IMG/VR virus record: IMGVR_UViG_3300050013_000165
Span: 1-64,000 of that record
Origin: a virus
Direction: 5' to 3' (one strand)
DNA length: 64,000 nt
The position numbers and the translations under genes are program-made. Positions 19,255-28,696 of this stretch are shown piece by piece. Within the stretch, counting starts at the first letter, position 1; each line of letters begins with the position of its first letter. A model generated the notes under the pieces. The model was given only the letters and a program-made list of their open reading frames with translations. It did no database searches and had not been told where the DNA came from.

Positions 19255-19940
19255 AGCTCTTTTGCGATGGTGCCGATTTGCGCTCAATGGAGCGTTATGC
19301 CGAGGAAGATTTCATTCACGGATTCACCACGAATCCGACCTTGATGGCGAAAGAAGGTGTGCGACAGTACGAAACCTTCGCCAAGGAAGCGCTACGACTC
19401 ACGGTCAAACCGATCTCGTTCGAAGTACTGGCCGACGAACCTTCCGAGATGGTGCGCCAAGCTCGAATCATCGGTAGCTGGGGCGAAAACGTCTTCATCA
19501 AGATTCCAATCCAAACGACCAAAGGTCGCCACACGACTGAGATCATCTCGACGCTCAGTAGGGAAGGGTTCAGGATCAATGTCACCGCAGTGTTCACCGA
19601 GGCGCAGGTTTCTCGTGCAGCGACGGCACTCACTGGTGGCATCAATCGAGGGATCATTTCGGTGTTCGCCGGACGAATTGCCGACACTGGCGTTGATCCA
19701 ATAAGGACGATACGTTACGCACGAGACTGGGCAGGCAGATGGTCCGAAGTTCTTTGGGCGAGCCCGCGTGCAGTGTGGGACTACTACGCAGCCGATTATG
19801 CGGGCGCACAGATCATCACCATGACACCAGAGCTGATCGAGAAGATGCGAGCAAGTGCGGGCAAAGACCTCACTCTGTTTTCGCTTGAAACGGTGGTGAT
19901 GTTTCACAACGACGCCAAGGCTTCTGGTCTCTCGCTTTGA
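19251..19940 (+). CDS. tal: transaldolase (short TalC/FSA type)
   Basis: LFCDGAD, GFTTNPTLM, SFEV, IKIP, INVTAVF, SVFAGRIADTG, LWASPR. Confidence 0.92.
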   Translation: MKLFCDGADLRSMERYAEEDFIHGFTTNPTLMAKEGVRQYETFAKEALRLTVKPISFEVLADEPSEMVRQARIIGSWGENVFIKIPIQTTKGRHTTEIISTLSREGFRINVTAVFTEAQVSRAATALTGGINRGIISVFAGRIADTGVDPIRTIRYARDWAGRWSEVLWASPRAVWDYYAADYAGAQIITMTPELIEKMRASAGKDLTLFSLETVVMFHNDAKASGLSL

Positions 19941-20890
19941 TCATTACTCAAACCCCGCTGCGCCTCACACTCGGCGGCGGGGGCACCGACGACCCAACCT
20001 TCGTAAAGGAACACGGAGGCTTTGCACTAACGGTGGCAATCGACAAACACGTCTTCGTGGGCATTCACAAAATGCTCGATCCTGGCTATCGTTTGAAATA
20101 TGCCAAGGAAGAGATCGTCAACGAACTCGATGAGATCAAGCACCCGATGTTTCGGGAAGCGCTCCGCTATTACCAAGTTCCTCCTGGCGTTGAGCTTGTC
20201 TCTCTTGCTGACATTCATTCTGGTAGTGGTCTTGGTTCTTCTGCTGCCTTCACAGTCAGTCTTTGTCGTGCTCTGGCTGCTTTCACGGGTCGCCACCCCA
20301 TTCACCGCTATGAGATAGCTCGGGTTGCTGCACACATCGAGCTAGAAGTTCTTGGTCGCGGTGGAGGTGTGCAAGATCACTGGGCGTGTGCGCTCGGGGA
20401 CCTTCAGGCGTTGACGTTTCGTCGTGACGGCTCAGTTGATTACGACTACATCCCAATGCAAGGACACGTCGTCAAAGAGCTTCAAGCAGGGCTCTGCATG
20501 TTCCTGGTCGGCTACTCACGCGATGCCGACACGGTGCTCGTCGAACAGTCTCAGGACGGGCTCGCCGAGATCAAAGCTCGGGGGTATGAGGCCTACGAAC
20601 TTCTCTGTCAAGGTGAGCTTCGGACGTGGGCCGAGAACATGAATTACCACTGGGAGGCCAAGAAGAAGCGCTCGAATTTGATCTCGTCAAACGAGGTCGA
20701 TGAGATGTACGCTTACGGTCTCGCCAATGGAGCCATAGGCGGCAAGCTCGTCGGTGCCGGAGGTGGGGGCTTCCTAATGTTCTATACCGAGGAGCCCGAG
20801 CGATTGTCGTCGGCGTTCCGAGGCAAACTTCAAGAGGTTCAATTTGAGTTCACAGGAGATGGAACCGAAACCATCACACGCACTCCCTAA
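19937..20890 (+). CDS. hddA: GHMP kinase, heptose-7-phosphate 1-kinase
   Basis: TPLRLTLGGGGTD, GSGLGSS, QD, GGKLVGAGGGGF. Confidence 0.9.
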   Translation: MIITQTPLRLTLGGGGTDDPTFVKEHGGFALTVAIDKHVFVGIHKMLDPGYRLKYAKEEIVNELDEIKHPMFREALRYYQVPPGVELVSLADIHSGSGLGSSAAFTVSLCRALAAFTGRHPIHRYEIARVAAHIELEVLGRGGGVQDHWACALGDLQALTFRRDGSVDYDYIPMQGHVVKELQAGLCMFLVGYSRDADTVLVEQSQDGLAEIKARGYEAYELLCQGELRTWAENMNYHWEAKKKRSNLISSNEVDEMYAYGLANGAIGGKLVGAGGGGFLMFYTEEPERLSSAFRGKLQEVQFEFTGDGTETITRTP

Positions 20891-21419
20891 GCAGTTGCAG
20901 TGTGTGGTGCTGGCCGGTGGGTATGGCACTCGATTGGCTCCCCTCACCGACAACTGCCCGAAGATCATGGTGCCTGTTCTTGGGCGTCCCTTTGCCTATT
21001 GGCAGCTTGATCTCATGAAGAAGTGGGGCGTCACTGAGGTTGTCTATTGCGTCAATCATCTCGCTCACAAAGTGAGAGAGCTGGGCGACGATTACAAAGG
21101 CATCCGCTTGCTCTACAGCGAAGAGAAGAACCGACCACCAGATGCATTGTGGAAGTTTGCTGTTCGCAACGCACTCCCGCTTCTCGATGAAGAGTTCTTG
21201 TTGATGTACGGCGACTCTTATTTGCCGGACGTGGACATTGACTCAGTGAAAGCGTTTGGTCCTTCACTCATCACGTCGTGGCAAGGGATCGACTACGGGT
21301 TGTGGCACTGCCATCGAAGCGAGTTCGCATTCGCCGAGCTTCAAATCATCGAGCGCTTTCACGAGATCGGTTCTCTCGAAGGGCTCGTCGAGCTAGAGGC
21401 GTATCTACAAAACCGGTAA
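20859..21419 (+). CDS. hddC: sugar-1-phosphate nucleotidyltransferase (HddC-like, compact)
   Basis: LAGGYGTRL...PKIMVPV.GRPF, YGDSY, FHEIGS. Confidence 0.8.
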   Translation: MEPKPSHALPKQLQCVVLAGGYGTRLAPLTDNCPKIMVPVLGRPFAYWQLDLMKKWGVTEVVYCVNHLAHKVRELGDDYKGIRLLYSEEKNRPPDALWKFAVRNALPLLDEEFLLMYGDSYLPDVDIDSVKAFGPSLITSWQGIDYGLWHCHRSEFAFAELQIIERFHEIGSLEGLVELEAYLQNR

Positions 21420-22169
21420 TGGTGGGCGGCGCATGAAGTCGATGTTGCACTCGTTCGAGCCCTCAGGGTCGATGCGCCAGTTCGCCAACGGGTTGTCGCT
21501 CTTGTAGTACATCAGCGTTTCAGTGATGAACTTGAAGCGTGGCCCAGCGAGTTCGAGCGCAGTCAAGGTGAACTGCACATCACAGCCCTTCTCGTACCAC
21601 GCACCTATCTTCGGTCCACCGTCGTAATGAAACTGATCCACGGGGACGTTGTTGAAGATGCGACCTTTCATCGTTCGAAGGTGGTTGAAGTACACAGCGC
21701 CGAACGCTCGATAGGAGCGGTTCGCTATCACTTCCGGCGGGTACTCGCGTGCCGGTGGGCAACCAGGCTCTGGTGGGTCCGGTAGGTAGCTCCCATACGT
21801 CGCCAGCGTGTCGTCGGCGTAATAGTCGAGCAAGTGCGCAAGAACATCGGGGTGTGCAAAGCGATCACCATCAAGGTCAAGAAAGATGATGATGTCGTCA
21901 TCGGCAGGCTCCATCTTCTGGATGCCTTCCCAACGCATTTGGGTGTCGAGCTTCCACGGAGCTTCATCGTTTCCGTTGAAGATGATTTTGTTGGGGTAAT
22001 CAAGAAGGGCGCACTCTATTTGGTGTCCAGCGGGATCAGTCGCCCAGTCTTCGGTCTCATAGGAGATGCAGAGTTGCCAGTCCTTGACAGTCTGCATTCC
22101 AACGGAGGAGATCGTTTGGTGAATCTGTTGTGGTGTGCACTTCCAACCGTTGCTGATGATTTTGAACAT
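21405..22169 (-). CDS. GT-A glycosyltransferase (paralog A)
   Basis: LDLDGDRFAH..VL, TYGSY, HLRTMK, LELAG, Y..DNP. Confidence 0.75.
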   Translation of the reverse strand: MFKIISNGWKCTPQQIHQTISSVGMQTVKDWQLCISYETEDWATDPAGHQIECALLDYPNKIIFNGNDEAPWKLDTQMRWEGIQKMEPADDDIIIFLDLDGDRFAHPDVLAHLLDYYADDTLATYGSYLPDPPEPGCPPAREYPPEVIANRSYRAFGAVYFNHLRTMKGRIFNNVPVDQFHYDGGPKIGAWYEKGCDVQFTLTALELAGPRFKFITETLMYYKSDNPLANWRIDPEGSNECNIDFMRRPPLPVL

Positions 22170-22978
22170 TAGAACTTCTTCTTTAGTGGCGGCTTTGCCC
22201 TGAAGTTGTCATCGCACTCTTTGTTCTCGTTGTTATTCATGCGCCACGCCGAGAACGGATTGAGTGAGTTGTAGACCATCAGCACCTCTTCGATGTAGCG
22301 ATGGCGGTAGCCGACCATTTCGAGCGCGGGGATCATCGAGGTGACGTCATCGACTTTCTTATACCACTCTCCCTTTTTGTGTGGGTACTTTTCAGCGCCG
22401 TTGCCGAGAACGTCTTCGGACCACTGGAACTGATCGAGTGGGATTGCGTTGAAGACCTCGAACTTCATGGTGCGCAAATCAGCAGCACGATAGGGGGCAG
22501 AGCGAAACGAGCGATCCACAATGACCTTGTTGTCGTAGGGAAGGGCTCGCAGTGGAGAACCGACAGGTGGCACGTTCTCGTAGTTCCCATACGTCAAGAG
22601 CGGAAAGCCGTCAGCGTAAGCGTCGTGCACTCTGTCCAACACTTGGTGGTGTGCAAACCGATCCCCGTCAAGGTTGAGCCAAATGATGACGTCTTCGTCG
22701 TCGGGCTCCATCGCCTGAATTGCCTCATAGCGAGCCTTCGTACCGTAAATGAAGTTCTCTTGGCCGGTGCGAATTGTGTACCTGAATTGCGTGTCGCGAT
22801 CAGATGCCGCTTTGATCCACCATTTGAGTCGGTAATCGACAGAGAAGGTTTCTTCTTCGTTCTCTGACTCGTAGGAGATCATGACCTCAAAGTCACGACG
22901 ACTCTGCAAATCGATTGAGTTGAGGGTCCACATCATGGAGTCGAAACAGCGCCACCCGGCGCACACAATCTTAAACAC
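22169..22978 (-). CDS. GT-A glycosyltransferase (paralog B)
   Basis: LNLDGDRFAH..VL, TYGNY, LRTMK, YNSLNP; homologous to the neighbour. Confidence 0.75.
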   Translation of the reverse strand: MFKIVCAGWRCFDSMMWTLNSIDLQSRRDFEVMISYESENEEETFSVDYRLKWWIKAASDRDTQFRYTIRTGQENFIYGTKARYEAIQAMEPDDEDVIIWLNLDGDRFAHHQVLDRVHDAYADGFPLLTYGNYENVPPVGSPLRALPYDNKVIVDRSFRSAPYRAADLRTMKFEVFNAIPLDQFQWSEDVLGNGAEKYPHKKGEWYKKVDDVTSMIPALEMVGYRHRYIEEVLMVYNSLNPFSAWRMNNNENKECDDNFRAKPPLKKKF

Positions 22979-23516
22979 GAGGCGTCAACCGAAAGATGTC
23001 GTCTTTGAGATCACAATCGAAATCGTTTTTGATTGCGGTCTCTGCCACCCACTCGTAATGGGGGTAGTCCTTGAACTCCTCTGTGTGCTCCGGCATACCA
23101 CCAAAGAGACGAGCATCGTCGATGAGGATCACGCTCCCCTTTGGTGCAGTTACTGCTGCTTCAAGTTCCGCAACGATGGGGGTGTCGCTGTCGGCAGCTT
23201 TGGCTGTGCCGTCGCCCGAGTAGTGGCCGTCCAACCAAAAGAGAATTGGTTGGTGATCAATGACGAGATGCTTCAGTAGCTCGCCGCTGTTTCCATGAAG
23301 ACAAGTCACATGGGCGAAGGGTGCAAATCGTGCGCGACAGTGATCGTAAAGCCCTTCATCAAGTTCAATGGTGATGATCTTGTCGAAGTCTTCAATCAAG
23401 CCACCGGGAGTGGTTCCATATCCACTTCCACTTTCGATGAGAACGTGGAGATCGTAGGAACGGGCATAGCCACGCATCATGTTCATGCGCTGCTCGAACT
23501 CTAAGATGTGTGACAT
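22971..23516 (-). CDS. class I SAM-dependent methyltransferase-like protein
   Basis: IESGSGYG, TIELD, GNSG, FWLDGH, ILIDD. Confidence 0.8.
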   Translation of the reverse strand: MSHILEFEQRMNMMRGYARSYDLHVLIESGSGYGTTPGGLIEDFDKIITIELDEGLYDHCRARFAPFAHVTCLHGNSGELLKHLVIDHQPILFWLDGHYSGDGTAKAADSDTPIVAELEAAVTAPKGSVILIDDARLFGGMPEHTEEFKDYPHYEWVAETAIKNDFDCDLKDDIFRLTPRV

Positions 23517-24163
23517 CAGTTGCTCCTTACTGCCAGATAGTTTCGGTATTCGTAATCGTCGCTTGCGTCTCGAATGGGGCGCATGTGTCCGTCTCGGTAC
23601 TCGTAGATGGTGAAAGCCGATGGAAGCCAATCAATGGCGTCTTGAAGACGCTCACTCCACGGAGAGCCAGGTCCCCATGTGCCGCCGTACTCGAACTGCA
23701 CGGCCTGGATCATCTCTTCAGCAAGTGCGTGTGTTGCACCTTTGATGACAGGGACTTCATAGCCCTCAGTATCGATCTTCAAGAAAATGTCGTCTTCAAC
23801 TTTGTAATTGAGTAAATAGTTGTCAATGGTTGTGACACTGACTTCTTCCCACTCCTCGCCCTCGAACACGCCACGCAAGTGCGATTGACAAATGTCGTCG
23901 GTGCCGAGTGTGAGCTTTGTGCGTTCGATGATGTTCCCAACAGCCGTGTTGATTACCGACGTTCTCAAATCACCCGAGTACTTTTCAGCGAGAAGCATTG
24001 CAGCACCTGAGCGAGGTTCGAATAGGTGCGCCTCAACGTGCCCGCAGTGCTCTCGAACGCAATCGGTGTAGGCACCTTCTGCTGCACCGACATCGAACAG
24101 GACGAACTCGTCGTGGAATAAGTTGAAGACCATCTCGATAATGGCGTGCTCGTCAGCCTGCAT
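23516..24163 (-). CDS. FkbM-family methyltransferase
   Basis: FDVGA..G, FEP, LKIDTEGYE..VIKGA, QFEY. Confidence 0.9.
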   Translation of the reverse strand: MQADEHAIIEMVFNLFHDEFVLFDVGAAEGAYTDCVREHCGHVEAHLFEPRSGAAMLLAEKYSGDLRTSVINTAVGNIIERTKLTLGTDDICQSHLRGVFEGEEWEEVSVTTIDNYLLNYKVEDDIFLKIDTEGYEVPVIKGATHALAEEMIQAVQFEYGGTWGPGSPWSERLQDAIDWLPSAFTIYEYRDGHMRPIRDASDDYEYRNYLAVRSN

Positions 24164-24788
24164 TGTTCTTCCGTGCATAGAGAGCATCGCCCCAACCCTG
24201 GCCTGGAACCCAGCACGTCTCGACGCGATCAAAGTCCTTCAGAATTCCATCGAGTTCCCAAACCTGATCGCAGTCGATGTAGACCGGTTGGTCGTTGACT
24301 TCGCTCATTACAAATTGAAGCGATGGCAGAAGGCGGGCTGCTCCACGAAGAGCGTGAGCTTCAACACCCTGGATATCCAGTACGAGCATGTTCACATTGG
24401 TGATGTCGAACATGTCCACGAGTGTGTCGATACGTCGGGTCTTCATTGGCTTGGTTTCAACAACGGTGATCTCGGGGGAGAACTGGACGTGTGTGCCAAA
24501 GGAGAGGATCGAAGAAGACATGCCGTCGAGGTTGGTGACATTGAAGTTGAACTCGACTTCGTCTTCATCCCACACAAGAGCGTGGATTACTTTGTGGCCT
24601 CGGTGCACGACGTTCTGTGCGAGTGTCACGAGGATGTTGTCGTTGGCTTCCACCCACCACACGTTGTCAATCCCAGCGCTCTGGTAGTAGTCGGCTTCCT
24701 CGCCGATGCGAGCCCCACAATGAATGACGCCAGTCACCTTGTTAGCCAGATCGTATTTGGCAGCAATGGTGTTCCAATCAAGCAGCAT
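24153..24788 (-). CDS. FkbM-family methyltransferase
   Basis: GVIHCGA..GEE, EAN, SSSIL, LDIQGVE..ALRGA, EVN, WGDALY. Confidence 0.9.
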   Translation of the reverse strand: MLLDWNTIAAKYDLANKVTGVIHCGARIGEEADYYQSAGIDNVWWVEANDNILVTLAQNVVHRGHKVIHALVWDEDEVEFNFNVTNLDGMSSSILSFGTHVQFSPEITVVETKPMKTRRIDTLVDMFDITNVNMLVLDIQGVEAHALRGAARLLPSLQFVMSEVNDQPVYIDCDQVWELDGILKDFDRVETCWVPGQGWGDALYARKNNAG

Positions 24789-25638
24789 CTACGACTCTCC
24801 ATCCGGCGGGGAACAAAATTGACTCATCAATGAAATCGTTCAGGGGACCGTACACCTTGCTCGGGCGTACAACATGGTCCGGCGGAACATTAGCGAGAAT
24901 GGCTCCCCAAATCCCAAACGTGGAGCCCGTTACGACGAGGTAATCACACGCCGCAAGCGTGAACAAATCGATCCAATCAGATGGTTCGGTTGTTCCATAG
25001 AGCGGGTCGTGTTCTTTGAAGTAGTCGCGCCCGTTGCCAAAGAAGCAGTTTGACTTCCAGTGTTGTTGGCACCAAATAACGTCGTCTGAGATGATGACGG
25101 TGGAGCGGACAAACTCATTTGCTTTGTCGTGAACTTCTCGTTCAGCGGTCTTGTAGTAACCAAGCGACATGCACAGGTGGTAATCGAGATTGTTTGGCAC
25201 ACCTGGGTCTGCTCCACCAACTTTGTCTGAACGACGCACATGGATACCGAGACTGGTTCCAGAAGCGGTGCCGATGTAATCAGGATTGCCTGCAAGCATT
25301 TGCACAGCATGGTTACTGGGGGCCAGGTACTCACGAATCTCGTCGATGCAGTGCCAGAACAAATTGACGTCTTGAAGATATGGCCGACAACGAGGGTCCA
25401 TGTGATGAGTGAGTTCCGAGTCCATAGGAGTAGTTGCTGTCCCTGCCGATATATAGCCTGCCATTACCAAATTGATGGCGAACATCTCATTTGGAATTGA
25501 GAAGTATGGTCGGTAAATCCAATCGGCAGGGAAGATTGGGCGTTCGCCAAGAGTGCGAGCAACACCGACAGTGGATGCGAATTCGAAGAGAGCGTTGCCT
25601 AGACGACCAAATCGTCCGAGATTTGGGTAGGCAATCAC
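24778..25638 (-). CDS. GT11 alpha-1,2-fucosyltransferase-like protein
   Basis: GRLGN.LF, YLQD, IHVRRSD, SDD..WC, STFGIWGA. Confidence 0.88.
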   Translation of the reverse strand: MIAYPNLGRFGRLGNALFEFASTVGVARTLGERPIFPADWIYRPYFSIPNEMFAINLVMAGYISAGTATTPMDSELTHHMDPRCRPYLQDVNLFWHCIDEIREYLAPSNHAVQMLAGNPDYIGTASGTSLGIHVRRSDKVGGADPGVPNNLDYHLCMSLGYYKTAEREVHDKANEFVRSTVIISDDVIWCQQHWKSNCFFGNGRDYFKEHDPLYGTTEPSDWIDLFTLAACDYLVVTGSTFGIWGAILANVPPDHVVRPSKVYGPLNDFIDESILFPAGWRVVDAA

Positions 25639-26159
25639 GAAGCTCTCTTTTTTCTCGGCTTCGTTTCAGCTACACCTTTTGGCCGACCAGTGGACGGCTG
25701 CCCAACAATGTGTAATCCGTATCGCTCTGTGGCGATCTTCCGACTCTTGTTGCGAGGTCCGCTGATCTCGTTGTTCTCAAATCGTTTGATGGTGTTGCAA
25801 TTGGCACACAACAGTTGGTAGTCATCAAGATTTGCGAGCACCTTGTTGTAGAAGCGCCTCGTGCAATTACCTAGCTCGCGTTGTTCAGCAGTTCCACCAC
25901 CATTGATGTGATCGATCTGAAGAGCCCGCCAATCGTCGAACTCGCAACGAACACATTTGCCGCCCATTAGGGCGAGCATTTCCAGACGTCTTTTCAGCAT
26001 GCTCTTTTTTGAAGCGAGTTTGTTGTGTTCGATACACAGAGATGAGAAGCCATCCCGACTGTTTTTGTGCGTGTAGAAGCTGCTTATGGGCAAATCTTCT
26101 TTGCACTGCGGGCACCACTTGGTTTGCAACTCATCTCCTCCCCACCCCACTTCTTTCAT
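25635..26159 (-). CDS. HNH-type homing endonuclease
   Basis: GGKCVRC..DDWRALQIDHINGGG...YQLLCANCN. Confidence 0.85.
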   Translation of the reverse strand: MKEVGWGGDELQTKWCPQCKEDLPISSFYTHKNSRDGFSSLCIEHNKLASKKSMLKRRLEMLALMGGKCVRCEFDDWRALQIDHINGGGTAEQRELGNCTRRFYNKVLANLDDYQLLCANCNTIKRFENNEISGPRNKSRKIATERYGLHIVGQPSTGRPKGVAETKPRKKRAS

Positions 26160-27660
26160 AGAAGGGGTTGGAATTCCAGACTTCCACTTCGCCGCCTTGT
26201 CCGAACTCTTTTGTCATCCAGCACGCAAGGGCCAAGGAGTCGAGGTAATCGTCGTGAGCGTTCTTCTCGTTCTTTGGTGCGCCGACCAAAAGGTAGCGCC
26301 CTTTGTATTCCTTTTCAACATTCAAAATCTGCTGGATAAATCGTTGGTGGGTCATTAGACGTTGAGTGCGAGGATGTGCAGGCCAGCCGAGCAATTTGCG
26401 TTGGATTAGCTGCATTAAATGCTGCCAGCGCTCGGACTGATCAATTGGATTCATAGCGCAGGCAACTACTTCGATGCTCGGGAGGAGGGTCTGAAGGCGC
26501 TCGGCCACCGGGCCTCCCATGCCCTGAGCATCCACGGCAATCCGCATGACGTAATACCGCGACACGAACTCACAAATCTGTCGGTACTGGGACTCCCAAT
26601 TCTCACCGTGCAGTTCGAGCCAGTTCAAGATGCGATGGTTGAAGAGCCCAAACTCATCGGGGTGTTCCCAGTCCACCCAAATCGCCGTGCACACCGTGGA
26701 GTCGTGCTTCGCTGCGACGTCAATGCCAATCACGATTGGTGATTCGGTGTAATAGGGAACAGTCATCATGTCGTAATCACTTAGTTCTTCGATGATGTCT
26801 TCGGTGACGAACATGCCTCTGTCGAGTAGCCATTTGAGGCAGTACGACATTTGGAACTCGTCCGAGTCTTCGCCGAGCCGTTCTTTTTCCTTCTTGATTG
26901 CCTGTGCGTAGAACTTTGACTCCTTTGCTGCGCGCCGCCAGTCATAGGCGAAATGGTTCTTCTTGCCATTAGACGGTGAGCGTCGCTTATTTCGTTGGAT
27001 CGCTTCGAGGAAGTCAGATGTGTGCGTAGTCGGTGTCCCAATCTTCACAATGGTGCCGGACACAGCAGTCATCATCGGGTGAATACGACGGCGCACTGTT
27101 TCAGAGTCAGCGTCTTGCGCCTCGTCGATAATGATTAGGTGATACGTCGTGGACTCGATCTTCGCCTTAGGGAATGCAGTCTGCTTCCGGCAGAACGAAT
27201 GGTTGTGTCGCATTTGAATGAGGTTCCCGTTCGGGTGAGCCTCATCGTCGATTTCAGGATCAGCGAGAAACTGCTTGGCGTGCTCTGACGTTAGATGCAT
27301 TTCAATGCGACTGAAGAGCGTATCGGCCTGGAAATCAATCGGGGCGAACAGACCAATCATTACACCGTATTTGAATTTCTGAAGCACCTCATCGGTGGGG
27401 AACATCTTGGCGAGTTGGGGCAGGATTACCATCGCCGTCGAAACGACACAGCTAATGGTCTCGGTCTTGCCGCCCTGACGTGTTGCCTCGACAGTGATTT
27501 CGTCGGCGTCGCCAAAGATGAGCGAGAAGAAAATGCGATCTGCCATTTCGAGCTGGTAACTGCGCAGGCTGATTTCACACAGCGATTCGAGCAAAATCAA
27601 ACACTTGTCAGTCAACCATTGCGCCCAGGCGATGCGAGGATTAACTGTTTTTGTTGGCAC
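26131..27660 (-). CDS. terL: terminase large subunit
   Basis: RQGGKTE Walker A, IIIDEAQ Walker B, GTP coupling motif, GIDVA and HDDYLDS nuclease motifs. Confidence 0.95.
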   Translation of the reverse strand: MPTKTVNPRIAWAQWLTDKCLILLESLCEISLRSYQLEMADRIFFSLIFGDADEITVEATRQGGKTETISCVVSTAMVILPQLAKMFPTDEVLQKFKYGVMIGLFAPIDFQADTLFSRIEMHLTSEHAKQFLADPEIDDEAHPNGNLIQMRHNHSFCRKQTAFPKAKIESTTYHLIIIDEAQDADSETVRRRIHPMMTAVSGTIVKIGTPTTHTSDFLEAIQRNKRRSPSNGKKNHFAYDWRRAAKESKFYAQAIKKEKERLGEDSDEFQMSYCLKWLLDRGMFVTEDIIEELSDYDMMTVPYYTESPIVIGIDVAAKHDSTVCTAIWVDWEHPDEFGLFNHRILNWLELHGENWESQYRQICEFVSRYYVMRIAVDAQGMGGPVAERLQTLLPSIEVVACAMNPIDQSERWQHLMQLIQRKLLGWPAHPRTQRLMTHQRFIQQILNVEKEYKGRYLLVGAPKNEKNAHDDYLDSLALACWMTKEFGQGGEVEVWNSNPFYERSGVGRR

Positions 27661-28042
27661 GACACTCCAAATAAGTAATCAAAATCTTCAGGCGTTCGAT
27701 GTCGTCATTCAAAAGTCCTAATGCAATGTTGCAATTACGGCAAAGCAATCCTCGGATGCATTTGCCACAAGAACTAGTACCTGGACAACAACTGTGGTCG
27801 TGATCAACACAGAATAATTTGTGCCCGCCTCCTGGTTCTCGTGCTCCACAGATGCAGGTTCCACCTTGTCGCTCTAACAGCTTTTGGTACTCCGCAAGAG
27901 TGATGCTGTAACGGCTCAGAGATCGATTAGCTGATTTTTCAGGGTCGAGGTTTTTACGTTTCGAGGATGCTTTGTAGGAACACATTTGGCAATACGACCG
28001 AGGTCTTCCTTGCGCCGTCTTGAACTCACCTATTGGTTTCAT
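27641..28042 (-). CDS. endonuclease VII-family homing endonuclease; probable true start at 28100 across a frameshift
   Basis: YSITLAEY...QGGTCIC...VDHDHSCC...CGKCIRGLLCRNCN; upstream in-frame CEKC is cut from its ATG by one extra A. Confidence 0.85.
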   Translation of the reverse strand: MKPIGEFKTAQGRPRSYCQMCSYKASSKRKNLDPEKSANRSLSRYSITLAEYQKLLERQGGTCICGAREPGGGHKLFCVDHDHSCCPGTSSCGKCIRGLLCRNCNIALGLLNDDIERLKILITYLECRANKNS

Positions 28043-28165
28043 GTGTCCGCACTTCTCACAGGGAATTTTTCACATCGGCTATTGCGGTTTGTGTAGGCAT
28101 TGACAGTGACAGTACGATTCGGCTAATCCTGATACCAGGCAGTAACTATTTTGAGGAGATTTCAA

Positions 28166-28696
28166 ATGGCCGATGGCGAAGAGACCGAGACCCATACAGT
28201 GCGCGACAAGCGTGCGAGTGCACAGCAGATACACAAGCCCGGTGTCGAACTCGAAGGCGGCACCGACATCCCCGAGGAAGAGGAAACGAACCACGAAGCT
28301 CGACTCGTGCGTCCTGAAGATGAACTCACCGATGAAGAGCGTGCCGCTGCTGGAATTTTCTCAGATTCAGTTGGTGATGCACCTGTTGTAATCAATACTC
28401 CCTGCGCCTTCGTTGTCTATATCGATGCCGCTGGCAAATGGGCAGCCGACAACGACATGACCAAGGTGATCATCGCCGAGCGTCAAGCGGTCTTCGATGA
28501 CTTCTATCTCGCTGCCGCAATGATCCAAAAGGACGTCATGGTGCGTGAGACAGCAAATCTTGCCGCTCAAATGACTGTCGGATTTCAGCAGGCCACAATG
28601 ATGCAGGCGATGGAGGCCCAAAAAAATGCTGAAATCGCACGAGCAGCAGGCATGACCGGCAGCCCTGCGGGTCGTTTCATTCCACCGCACCGCTAA
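28166..28696 (+). CDS. hypothetical protein
   Basis: GAGGAG RBS; acidic N-terminus. Confidence 0.7.
   Translation: MADGEETETHTVRDKRASAQQIHKPGVELEGGTDIPEEEETNHEARLVRPEDELTDEERAAAGIFSDSVGDAPVVINTPCAFVVYIDAAGKWAADNDMTKVIIAERQAVFDDFYLAAAMIQKDVMVRETANLAAQMTVGFQQATMMQAMEAQKNAEIARAAGMTGSPAGRFIPPHR

Noticed and set aside
17558-25638. Host LPS/capsule locus joined by misassembly
   Set aside because: The genes overlap continuously with phage HNH and terminase genes, and export or polymerase genes are absent
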